DNA of 61,765 nt, the filler included, from Platydemus manokwari (lineage: Eukaryota), in assembly GCA_037951405.1 (NCBI GenBank). It is 4 parts of 4 records of this genome, joined end to end, with 100 filler letters (N's around TTAATTAATTAA, not from the genome) between each part and the next. Parts side by side here need not be neighbours in the genome. Positions count along the whole stretch, not along the records: positions 1 to 22,737 come from JBBMOY011178099.1; 3 more parts are not named here. One strand, written 5' to 3'. The translations under genes were made by a program, and so were the position numbers. Of the stretch, positions 1-12,020 are shown one piece after another. The notes under the pieces are model-generated. The model saw nothing but the letters and a program-made list of their open reading frames with translations, searched no databases and was not told the DNA's origin. The first letter of the stretch is position 1. Each line of letters begins with the position of its first letter.

Positions 1-80
1 AATTAAATTTATTCATTGAAATACAAATTTTAACTCATTTTTGTAAAAGCCGGAATCATACTAATACACCTAATAATTCG

Positions 81-105
81 ATATATATATATATATATAT
101 ATATA
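81..105. repeat. (AT)n microsatellite
   Basis: Direct dinucleotide run. Confidence 0.9.
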
Positions 106-958
106 ATCTCTATTCAATCAAAATCTTCCTTATTTACTTGAGCCCATACTCACCAAATCCAAAGTGAAGTATTTTGTAATTTTTAAATCGAATGAATTTT
201 CTGAAATAAAACCAAAGACTGTCTCTCAACTAAGATAAGTGATGTACGAATGTCTATCACAGTTTCATCTATTAACAAGTATTTTTAATGTGAAATTATG
301 GTCAGTATATGACGCTCATAACACTAATTTTAAAATTTCCTCAAAAATTCATCAATCAAAAAAAGATTGAATAATTACTCCAATATTGACGAATTTCGGC
401 AGATAGTTATCTCAAATTGATCGAATCATATCGTAAATATGGGTATATTATATTGAATTTAAAAATTCTTACAATAAAGAGAGTAATTTTTAATATGAAG
501 CCATTAATTGCAAAGTCAATACTAATAGAATAGGATAACATTGGACCATAAACGATTTAATGATGAATTCAATGAGCAATGATTTAAGAAGAATCTATTG
601 GATTGCCGTGAGATCAATTATGGGAATGGAAAATGTCTATCTATATCGAATAGATGAAAACTGTAAAAAATATTATAGTTGTAATATGTTATCAATTGGT
701 GAAGCATCGAATATCTATTGAAATCTTTTGGTTGGAATATATCAAAATATTATTGTATCGATATTTAATCGATATTATTTCAATAAAATAGAATAATAAT
801 TGATTATTATTCTCAAGGAATTTCTTAATCAGTTTCGCCAAAATTTCATAAATCGTAGAAAATGTGCGGGTTGATCGATTGGTTTAACCCTTTGAATAAT
901 TAACGTTTATTTTTCCAAATCTATCAACATGATCTGTGAATATTATATTCATTTTCAG

Positions 959-2985
959 TTAGTGGAAATTTGAAAAATTTCAAGAAACAACCACCAGCTC
1001 CAAATGACAATTTGTTTCTTCATAATGAAATTTTTATTTATGAAAGTATTCAAAATGCTGATAAATGTGGTGGATGTTTCAAGCAAATCTATCGAAATGA
1101 AATGGCTTTGCATCATAAAGGAAGAATGCAAAATTCTTCAGCTAATGCTCCAATGACATCTCAGTATTACCATGTGTCCAACCAATGCTTACAATTGCGT
1201 GGTTTTACAAGCGATTATCTATCTTCAATAAAATGCAAAGGTTCCGTACCCGGTAACAATCAATTTGCAGTTGTTAAAAGTCTGATTAATTGTGGTTTCC
1301 GTAATGAGGTGATTTTAGAATTTGTGTGTGGAAGAACAGTAATATTTGTATCTATTTTCATAGAATATTGATTTTAATATGAAGCCGATTCAAGAAACAA
1401 AAGGATTTGAAGTAGAATCTCGTTAGTTATCTGTCTATTTATATATTTTATGTATTTTCCGGACTATGATTAAATTAACAATGTATAGCAAGATTTAATG
1501 CTCTTCATCATCTAAAATGTCACATCCGCTTATATTAACATCATCTCCATCTTTTTTTTTAAATATTTCAGACTTAATAAATCCTAGAAGTTATGTTTTA
1601 AGATGCGTTTTTCAGTCCGGAAAATACGGCATAGATATACATATGTGTGTGTATTTAAAATTGATGTCATTCAAGACCTAAAGTTGATTTCTGATCAATT
1701 TAGTTCTTGGATTATTAATTTGTGACCCGTTTTGGTTAAGGGCAGTTTTCATACTCCTATTAGCAATAATAATGTATTAAAAATTACACTTTCCAAATAT
1801 TGATAATTTATATGGAAGTTATACGCTCAGATAATTTTACAGCTCGTAATTTGTTTGTTTACTAAAATTTCAAATGGAATATTCGTTAAATTCCCGGTCT
1901 AATGATTCCATGTGAAGTGTTTATTGTTCTAAAATTTATAATTCAATTTAATTATTTTATTTAATTAAATTATTTAACTGAAAATGATTGCATTGAAAAT
2001 TCCAAATCTTTCGATGACAGTGGGTGAACCTTTGACATTGATAACTGTTATCTGAAGAACATATTTAATTGATCTCAATATTTTATCTTTTCATTTATGA
2101 GATTATTTCTGAAACATTTCGTGAGATAATTTTTCAATTCGAAATTACCATTTTAGCTCGAAATACGGATGATGAGTTGAAATTATTTGTCGATACTTGT
2201 AACAATTATTCAGTCTGTTGTGAAGGATGTGGATTCAAGCTGATGCCAAGACAAGCGTGTTTCGTATACTCAAAAGCTCCTGTACAAAATAGTAATGCAA
2301 AGATGTTTCATATTCGTCGCAATTGTTTGGAATCTTGTTTTACCAAAACCGAAATACGTGGCCTTGTGTGCATCACCATAAATATGGAAGATGTGAGTCC
2401 CAATGAAATCATTAATTGCGGGATTTATAAAATTGTACGATTTTTGATTTGTGTTTTCAAATTTCTATGTATATATATAAGCATATTAAAAATATTATTT
2501 ATTTAATAAATAATGATAATTGTTAATCAAATTAAAATCTATCGATAAATGAAATTCAAAATTATTTCATTTTCCATCTCAGATTCCAAATAATGATTAT
2601 GTCGCTCCACCAAATGTTCATAGAGAAGCTCATGGTTCGATTTAGATTGGAATTAATTATTGATTTGTAAACAATATTTCCAGGAAATGATATTCCCAAA
2701 CATAGACCAAAGAAACCAATATCATTTAAGGTTGACATCATTGAAATGGATGGCTATATTTGTTGTACGTGTAAAAAGAAAATTGTTATGGATAAATATG
2801 TTTTGGAAATACAAAATCCTGGATCAGTGAAATCAATGGTGCATTTGGATTCTGTGTGTATTGGAAAGTTGGGAATTTCAGAAAGGGAGTTAGGAAATTA
2901 CAAATTGTTATCTAATGTTTATATTTCATTTGATATGATTGAAACGTTGAAAAAGTGTGGATTTAGAAATTTCCCAAATGTTTAG
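959..2985 (+). CDS. Multi-exon protein with three tandem C-x2-C...H-x4-C (PARP-type zinc-finger-like) modules; 5' end unresolved
   Basis: Phase-compatible GT-AG exons 959-1300, 2157-2434, 2583-2634, 2684-2985 join three ORFs. Modules: CGGC...YYHVSNQCL...LINCGF; CEGC...MFHIRRNCL...IINCGI; CCTC...MVHLDSVCI...LKKCGF. Confidence 0.7.
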
Positions 2986-3754
2986 ACGTTCAAAATTTTT
3001 TAACCTAAATGTGTAAAAATAAAATTTCAGAATTTTTGAATTTTTGATTTTTCCAGACAAATTCACAGAATAATTGTTCAAGTGTCTATTGACATTATGG
3101 TTATCAGTATTCAATAATATTTATTTTATTAAAGCACTTTGTATCAGTTAATAATTAAGTAGATTGATAACTTTTTATAACAGATTTTTTATTGGTACAT
3201 GTGTGAATTATGTGTTTCGTTTCTTAACCAAGGTTTTTTGTTTCAAGTTGTATGGGTGCTATTAGAAATTTATATTCAAATTTTAACTTCACTCACAAAG
3301 AAACTCGAAAGAAAACTTACTTATTCATTTGAGTCACAATTTTTGTTCGAAGAACATTTATTGCAAGAGGTTAGACTTGTAACATTATTTTTTATGTTTT
3401 TATTTAAACGTTTTTCAATCGGTAAATTATTTTAAGCTAACCTTAGTAATTTTTGATAACCATTTAATATTTAACTAAAGTTCAATCATTGAATAATTAA
3501 TCAACTATTTCGTGATCTTCTCCGCCCGTCTTATGGTTTAATGGACGATATGAATAACTTTGCCAAATTTCGTTTCTTTTGTTTTTGTATTTTAGTCAAC
3601 AAATGTAGTGCTTCTCAAATAAATAATATTTATAACGTCGTGAGTTCTGATGTTTGGTAGAAGTAGTTCATTTTTGAATAATAATTAATTCAAATCATAT
3701 TTCTCTCAAGTTCTTTAGCTGTAATCAGTCACAAGGTTAAATAATCTATGTACC

Positions 3755-3791
<37 letters not shown>
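3755..3791. repeat. compound (TA)n(TG)n microsatellite
   Basis: Direct sequence. Confidence 0.9.
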
Positions 3792-3895
3792 CTAATTTAT
3801 TAATCGAATGCTATATTTAAAAAATAAAATATTTATTTACTGAAAATCGTTCACATTATTTTATATTTATGACAAATGAAAATTTCGATCTGATT

Positions 3896-6800
3896 TTATC
3901 TATGAGATCTGAAAAATCTGTATAGAACTTTTGTATCTCGTTCCACGGTACAGTGTTGATCAATGAGAGATACTCGAGTTTTGTTCAGAATCAATAACAG
4001 TATGGCCAGCATGGCAAGATAGAATGTCTAAACAACAATTAAATATTAAATCAAAATCAAGCTTCACCTGAACAACGGAAATAATGCAAAAGATGAAATA
4101 ATAACTAATTTCGATATTCTTTCCAATTCCGCATATAATCAATAGAGCACTTGCCATTAAATTAAAAATTCCAAATATAAATGCCACGATAAATCCATAT
4201 AGTTGGCGTATATCTTTGGTACACAGATATGTTATGATGCACATGGCTATCGTGACAACAATCAACAATACACTAGGTAATAGTATAAACTGTATATTGA
4301 GAGGGATTCCCAAATTAAATCTAGATAAAAATTTCAAAGTAATCATTTCTATTTGAACTTAAAAGCATAACGATCCATCAAAAATTCGATGTGAAATAAA
4401 AATTTATTCTAAAATTTCGAATATAAAGATATTAATGATTTTTTAAAAATAATCAGAAAATTTTCATAATTGAAGAAAGATAAATAAGATAATGAGCTTG
4501 TTATGTCGATAAACAATGATAAGCCAGAGTTGAGAAATAGATGAGGAAATGTATTGATCCGAATAACCATCGTTATACTCTTTATTTGGAGTTCGAATCC
4601 TGATTGATGCTAGTAAGAAAATGTTACAAAATCTAATTTTTAGACTTGTAACCACAATTAAACATAGTGATGATTAGTGGAACAATGTTTATCTCTTGAA
4701 ATATATATATAAAACTGATATACACAGTTTACGCTTGATTGATGTATATAATATTTATAAGATTAAAAACTGAGACTTTGGGTGTAACATGAATGGGTTA
4801 CCAAAGGATGGTCATTGTTGACCTAGTTAGGAACCGTTGTGTCAATTACTTCACATGTATCTATAAATCTTTTATAAAATTATTTGGAAATCTCAATGAA
4901 AGATTAATTTAAGATTTGGAATGATAATTTTTAAAATCTCAACAAAATTTTCAAACAATACTGTTGATTAGACATTTCGGTCTCTTTATACAGAACACAT
5001 TACTTCTATCACCCAGAGTAGCTACCTAGCAAGAAGGTATTGCAGTTTGAGATATTCATCAAAGAGATTCAAAAGAATATATTATAATTCGTCAAATATT
5101 ATTAACTGAGAATTACTTGTCTACATATGGATTGAGCGAAAATTTTGAGTACGTGAATATTAAAAGAAAAAATAACCAAATCCCAACAATCTTAAATTTT
5201 GGACAGTTTTTCGAATTTTTTAATGACTTATTTCTGATTTTATTGTAAATTTAAAAAATTACAGGGGCTAAGTAATGAAATTAATTGCTAAATAGTGAAA
5301 ATGAGTTTGGCTTTTAATTTTTACCGTATATATTAGTTAATATCTTATATTATAATCATAAAGATTATTTAACAAATCACAATGCAACTATCGATCATCC
5401 GTGAAGTAATTTGACTATGAAAAAATAATAAATAAAATTTAACAAACACTTCTGGGCTGCACTCCTGAATCCATTTAAAAGAAATAATCGAAATTGTTGC
5501 CGATGTAACTAAATATGAAATAAGAATCTAATTAATTATTAATATATTACTGGGTCCAGCTCCTAGTAAAATTGGTATAACAATGTTTTGGATAGTGTCC
5601 TGATTTTCTGCGACCGCCTTGAAGAATACGTACAGTTGCATGTAACACGGGGTTACAACATAATTCATATGAAATAAGTTTCCCATCACACATGTCAACT
5701 GAAAAAAAATGTAAAGAAAGCAAAATATGGTACATGTTTTACTCCTGTGTGGGCTTTTCGGTTGTACATTTTATAATATGTTATAAAAGAAAAGAGAAAC
5801 TGACTCAATCCCAAGCACATTAAAAAGATAAGTATTGTTATTGTTTCCCTAAAATCTACGTTTATTTGATTAAGAAGATACAAAAAATAACCTCATGTGA
5901 TAAAATCTGCTTCTGTTGAACATGAAACTACATCTAAAAATTAAATTAGGAGTAATAAAATCATGAATAAATCAAACATCAAATAAAAAAATAAGGTGAC
6001 TATTGTTATTGACAAAGCTTGCAACAAAATTTTCATCTCCATTATCACTGGTAAGAAATATCTTTTATCTTCGTTCAAATACTTAACTCTATCATCCGTT
6101 AAATCATAATCGGGAAATTCTCTATATAATATTAAATTAATTTTTTCCCTATTAGCTCCAGGAATAATCTAAATAATTTTAAATATCATTCTAAATAAAT
6201 ATAGAATACTTCTTTTAAAGCCAATAAACCCTCTTCGGTGCACTTACATTCATAAATAGTATCATTGTTATTATTGAATGTGGAAGTTACACATTCTTTT
6301 GATGACCAATCAACTGCAGAAATATTCCTTTTAATGCATTCATAAGTTTTATTTGTTAAAGGTTTTCTAAAAAACACTGAATAATTTACAAATTCAATCG
6401 AATTATTATATAATAGTAAAAATGTTTCAGAGTCGTTTATATTGATGTGGAAATTTTTTATTTTTTTTGGTAAATTAAAAACTCCAATTAAGTAAATTTC
6501 TTGTGTAGTTTGCTTGATTTTCAATTCCGTATTTCTTGATAACTTAAATTGAAATTTTGTTTAAATAATTGTTACATTATTGAGAGCTCACTTTAAAAGG
6601 TTGTTCTTCGTTATTATTTGTAATATAAACAAATAAGTGACTACCATTCGCACTTCTTTTTACATATTCACCCATCAAAGCATATCTTGCATATTTTAAA
6701 ATTCTAAAATAATATAACATCAATTTTAGATGCAAATAATTTATTGTCTCAAAAGAAAACATGATGAGCCACTAAGCGAAGATTTTATGAAAAAGCGAAT

Positions 6801-7750
6801 AAAGCTGGACGAAGATCTATTGCCAAGGAAAATTAAAACTTCAAAAACATTTTTATCAAAAAATGATATCATTTCATTATTAAAAAGTTCTGAATCCTTT
6901 TACATGGGTTTTGAGGAAGATTACCATATAGAGGTGTTGGAAAATTATTCCCATCTAAAAAATCCTTCAGTAACATGTAATGGTGTGGAAGCAGTTCAAG
7001 TTGAGAATATGGACATCGACGGAGATGAATATTTATATGATTATTATATTTATACAAAAAATGATGTGATTGAGTATTTTAGCGATGATGAAGCAGATAG
7101 ATATGAAGAATCAGATAATGATACCGACCACTGCCATGATGGAATATTTTTAAATTCAAAATCCGTTCGTTTTTTTTCGTAATAATAAAAATTTTGAGTT
7201 CTATTTTAATTTAATATTCTTACATGTTTATAATTTGATTTGTTATAACAAGGTCGATTTGTAATTTCCAAGATGTCTGCAAAATTCTGTTAATGATCGT
7301 TGATATTCTCACGAAATTATTGTATGTCGAATTATAATATAATATACTCAGTAAATCTGTAAATGTTTTTATCGCCGACAATTCATCAGTTGGAACCATA
7401 TTTTTTGCTTCTGCAGTGGAATATTTATTATAACTACAATTGTGAATTATTCACCAACCGATTATCAAACACTCAAACGGAGCCTCGGTGTTAATTGATG
7501 GAAATTCCAAACGGATAATTTCCGATTTTTTTCTTGTTGCATGGGTGATTTGTAAAATACAAATATGATATTGGCTTAGAATTGATTTGGAATAATAAAA
7601 TATTTCTTCTGAAAATGAAACATCATTTGACAATCTTGAAACGAAATGAAAATTTGAATGATTTCTCCAGAATATTGGATAAATAAAATTATTCTGACTT
7701 TTAGTACAATATAATATTAAGAAAATAAAGATAGAACTAATTAACAGCAT
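3896..7750 (-). CDS. Divergent adhesion-GPCR-like 7TM receptor (paralog A), ~621 aa: signal peptide, GAIN/GPS-like region, 7TM
   Basis: 11 phase-consistent exons: 7750-7459, 7410-7224, 6703-6592, 6542-6210, 6168-5978, 5933-5892, 5848-5734, 5698-5551, 5508-5448, 4320-4068, 4027-3896. Signal peptide MLLISSIFIFLILYCTKS. GPS-like ECIKRNISAVDWSSKECV...YECKCTEEGLLAL. Seven hydrophobic segments. TM7 YYFIFCIISVVQ carries a phase-0 intron after Q, as in family-B GPCRs. The 5448/4320 junction is the least certain. Confidence 0.75.
6730..7182 (+). CDS. SLC7A6OS: SLC7A6OS/IWR1-like RNA polymerase II nuclear-import factor, nested antisense in intron 2 (6704-7223) of the aGPCR-like gene
   Basis: Motifs match the family as I recall it: N-terminal LKRKHDEP...KRIKL (cf. 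VKRKRSAEP...KRLR), PSVTCNGVE (cf. PDVILCNSVE), DEYLYDYY (cf. DDYVYDIYY), acidic tail. Confidence 0.7.
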   Translation: MQIIYCLKRKHDEPLSEDFMKKRIKLDEDLLPRKIKTSKTFLSKNDIISLLKSSESFYMGFEEDYHIEVLENYSHLKNPSVTCNGVEAVQVENMDIDGDEYLYDYYIYTKNDVIEYFSDDEADRYEESDNDTDHCHDGIFLNSKSVRFFS

Positions 7751-8569
7751 TTAATAATATTTTATTTGATATTGATTTTAAATCAATTTTAAAACAACGA
7801 TTTCACTTGTTAATATAAATCTGTCTCAACAAAACTAAAAGTCAATAAATGTAATTATTGCAAACTTTCTTCTATAAATAAATAAATATTAATGTGTTAC
7901 CTAATGTACATATTAATTTTTGCTGTTTGATGTCTTCCCATGCTTTCTTTTGGTTATCACTTCATTTAATATCACACTTCCATCTAGATAGATATGAATC
8001 GGTTACATATAAAGTGGGTCTATTTGATTTCCCATCTTCAATACAAATGATATCATTCACTTCTAATTATTTCTGAGGATTTTAGTGCTCAATGAAAGTT
8101 AAACCATGAGAATCCTTCATGATCTTTTAAAATCCTAATTTTTGCATTGATTTGACTTCAACTAACTAATGATAAACGAATTAGGATAAAAATGATTGGT
8201 TGTACATTTTGATGTTGGAGACACATGTTAACATTTACAATGAGCAATGAAGATATTTAGTTAAATTTTTATACGAAGTTTAATATGTATCACGGGTTGG
8301 ATTACATGTTGCGATTCTAGTTTAATTTTATCTTATACAAATGTTGGGTATATCACAAATCAATCAAAATGGTCACAAGATGGTCAAATAATGGCCCAAT
8401 CAGATTCGTTCTAATATTAATTCATATTTAGACGCGAAGAATTGAAAGGCACATATCTACAAACGGCAGCAAGCTCAAATATCCGCCAATGGCACGAGAG
8501 ATAAGTGGGAAATTTCAAGTAGATCGATCCACTAACAAATTCAACAAAAGGAAAACGAAGATTCGTGAC

Positions 8570-9350
8570 ATCGAGCAGACAACCTCGATTGGTCTATAAA
8601 AGTGGTTGAGTTCCATTAATATCTCCCAGTCTTTTTTAGTCGATAACTTCAGTGTTTAGATTATCTTTTGTGATTTTTAATAATCAGTCTTTATTATTAC
8701 TTTCCATTCTGTTTTTGACTTTCAGGTGCTGATCCGGTCTCGAGTGATTTACTTTGTAAATTGTGAAAATATTTACTGTTGTTGTTGAGATTTTGATTGT
8801 GATAATTTTGTTAATACAATTATCAGATCTAAATTGCTGATTGATAACCCATCACAAATATTACATGTTCAGAAGACACCATCAGCATTGATTGAGAATA
8901 GGATAATAAACAAACCAACTGATTTTTCACTGCTTGTGTCATCTTAATTTTGACAAGGTTTATTTGAAATTGATTTGATAAGTAATTATGTAGATATTTA
9001 TGGTGAGTGAGATGAAATCTTGCTAAAGAAAAACGGATTTTCACCTCGGAACAATTGTTTTGGCACTTTAAACATTTGCATGCCTACACAACCATACAAG
9101 AATAGCAATCAACCAATCACAGCTGAGTTAGGTGGTAAACGACGATTGAACAAAGGGGCATAACCACATAGAAGGATTGTTCAATCCCACAAATACAAAA
9201 ACTAATAAGCCTAATAAAAATTTTTAAAAGCAAATATTAAATCAAAATGTGATACAAACATGACACAAAATTACACAGATATTGAGTATAAACCTCGATG
9301 TAAAAATGGCCAACTCCCAGTTGGAAGCCAAATTTTGATTACTTTATTGA
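8570..9350 (+). mobile_element. Longest copy of a dispersed repeat family (possible LTR/MITE relic)
   Basis: 8995-9350 is homologous to 39025-39375(-), 44085-44430(-), 46505-46690(+) and partly 28153-28320(+). 8570-8780 resembles 28980-29220 (shared gtctataaaag..gttga). Confidence 0.7.
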
Positions 9351-10329
9351 GTAGTACAAGTATTAGTTGTGAATCAAGTTATCTTGGAAGTCTTATTGAT
9401 TAGTACGCATATTATAAATAAGTCTATGGCCTTCGATTTTTGAAGTCAGTAATTATTTAGTCATTCATTTGTAAAATCCAACAATTATGTTTAATAAAGT
9501 ATAGGCAATATCTATTTTTATCGGAATTGAATTAAAAAAACATGTGTGATCTAGGATTAATAAAACCTAATATAATCTATTACTTCTCCTAAAATTGTAT
9601 GTAGTTAATTAGGCATAATGTAAGATAAAATAAATAGCTAATAATGATTGCAACAATAAATGAAAAATATCAAATGTACAAATCGATAGGTCTAAGTTAT
9701 TCTTTCTAAGCATTTCAAATAAATATTAAGATAAGTGATTTTAGTATACTTTATTGAAGTAAATATTCCCCTTTCCAAGAATTTTATCAAACGTTTGCAG
9801 TTATGAATTTATTTGGTGATCCTATCATTTATCTGGGATGATGTTTGCAGTTATAATAAAAGAAATTCAAATTAGCTTATAATCCCTTTGTCAGGATTAT
9901 TGATTTATAAAATTAGATTTGATAAAAAAAGAATCACAAATAAAATAACTATTTTACTAATCTTTACTAATCATCGATCGGTACCTCAACATGTAAACGA
10001 ATATAATATTTGCTTGTTTGTGATTAATACTTCTAGAGACATTCGTGCGACTGAATAATTTCTATCTTTGTACAATGACATATACCTCAAAACGGAACGC
10101 AATAATAAGGTCTAATTTTTGTAACTCAATTTTTGTACACTGATTATAATTGTACAAAATTATAATTGTAAAATAAAACTTCTTGCTAAATCAATAAGAT
10201 AGTCAACGGACAATACTAAAAAATCGTAAATCAAAGTTATTTAGAATTACAAAATTTCTGAGAGTCACAATAGATTCAGCACCCAAAATATCGAAACAAC
10301 AACAAAAGGTACCGATCATAAAAGACTAT

Positions 10330-10620
10330 CAGTTGCACTCGGTATTCGATTCCTATTATGGGTATGGAGTATATGTTGACCTGATGTCTTACAGTTTTTC
10401 TTTTCATTCGTTAAACCTTCTGGCAATTAACATATTGAGAGATTTCTTTTATTTTCCATATCACATTGACCTATCTCGTTAGTGTTCGCCAATCGTCAAA
10501 AGAATATTACTTATGGGTTGATATTTTTGAATAATCTGATTGGCTACTGGTACTTTCGTGCATCATGCCAGTATGTATCGATTTTTTGAGGATTATTCAC
10601 ATAGTCTCCGTAGACATTTT
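10330..10620 (-). mobile_element. Possible degenerate LTR-retrotransposon integrase fragment
   Basis: Stop-interrupted fragments PQKSIHT and TNEIGQCDMENKEI resemble the integrase motifs P..IHTDNG and P.TNGQ.ER.NK.I. Confidence 0.25.
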
Positions 10621-12020
10621 GATTATCTTTTTATAAAATACTCCGCAGTAGCATACATGTACCAACTGTATTATAACTAAATTTTAAATTCAGCTGTTTA
10701 TTCTATCAAAATTTAACGTTTATTCTAAACAGCTGGAAGGCTAAATACTCTTAATGACTTAATTTAATTAATTTTAATAGCTCAATCATATATAATTGCG
10801 TTTCTATGACTTCCACCTATAGTAAAAATTAACATTAACAATCTATAGTTGAATAATTCACAGAAATTCATTGGTCTGTTCAGGGTCATTGTGATTATTA
10901 TGGTGATCTATTAAACAAGTTAATGGATGAGTTTAAAGTTGGATATTAGTTGAAATATTTTGTTTAATATCAGAGTTCGTATGTTGTGAAATGAAAGGGA
11001 TTAGTGGTTAGTTGCTTGAACAAGGTATGGAGATTATTTATTCTACAGGGAGTTATCGAGTGGAGTTCATTGTTATTCGATGGATTTTTTGGCATATTAT
11101 CTATTTCTGAGGTTGGCAAAATATTTTATGGATTATGGATTTCACAAGAGAGTGTTATGGTGGTATGTAAAATTTAACTTCCAAATAAAATTATAAAAAA
11201 TAGCTACTAAAATTAATAAGGATACTTTTTTAAAAAACATTTTGAAAATCGTTCAGCATCAATAGTGTTTGGCCATAAAATACTTTGCATGTTAAGGCTA
11301 TTATTAAGCTTTTTGAGAATTCTAACAATAAAAACTTTGGTGGTATTTATCATTATTATTTATAATTATTTATTATTTTAATTATTCTTAGCGTATTATT
11401 GTGATTACAAAATATTTTCAGTCTTAGTTATTTTGATCATCATATTTGTATTTATGAATAAAAGTACGCAATATACGATATATTCACTGATAAATGTTAG
11501 ATATTTGATAAAATAATTGAAATCAAATATCTATTTTTAGCTGCATTTCTCATTTATCATTCGAATGATTAAAAATTTGTTGTGGTTAATTTGGATCATC
11601 TCTACACCAGAAGGACTATGACATCACTTAATGTTTGTGTTCATTCTGAATATTTTAAATGCATCTCGTCTTTGTCTATATTTAAAATCAAATGGATATT
11701 TTTAAAGGTTAAATAAAAATAAAAATTAAACTTAATCAAACCTTAAAATCAATAAAACCTATTATCGTTCTCATAAGAACTATAATAACAATAGTAGTAA
11801 GTTAAGCTATATATGTTATCAAATCTAATTAACGAAATTTAAAGAACGAAAAAGATTTTAAATTTAAGCTGAAAATATATTTCAGGTACACAAAATGAGA
11901 TATTTTCATAAAATTAGCAAAGTATTCTTCTCTTTTTATTCTTTAATTTGATGAAATAAATAAATTCTATTCGAAAATCTAAAAATGAAAATAAAATCAA
12001 AGCAGATAAACATAATTTTG

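Noticed and set aside
3960-4346. Stand-alone 3-TM protein (BI-1-like)
   Set aside because: Better explained as the TM5-TM7 exon of receptor A by phase and by similarity to paralog B.
4588-4602. tRNA B-box-like GGAGTTCGAATCC
   Set aside because: The T-stem does not pair and there is no cloverleaf or A-box.
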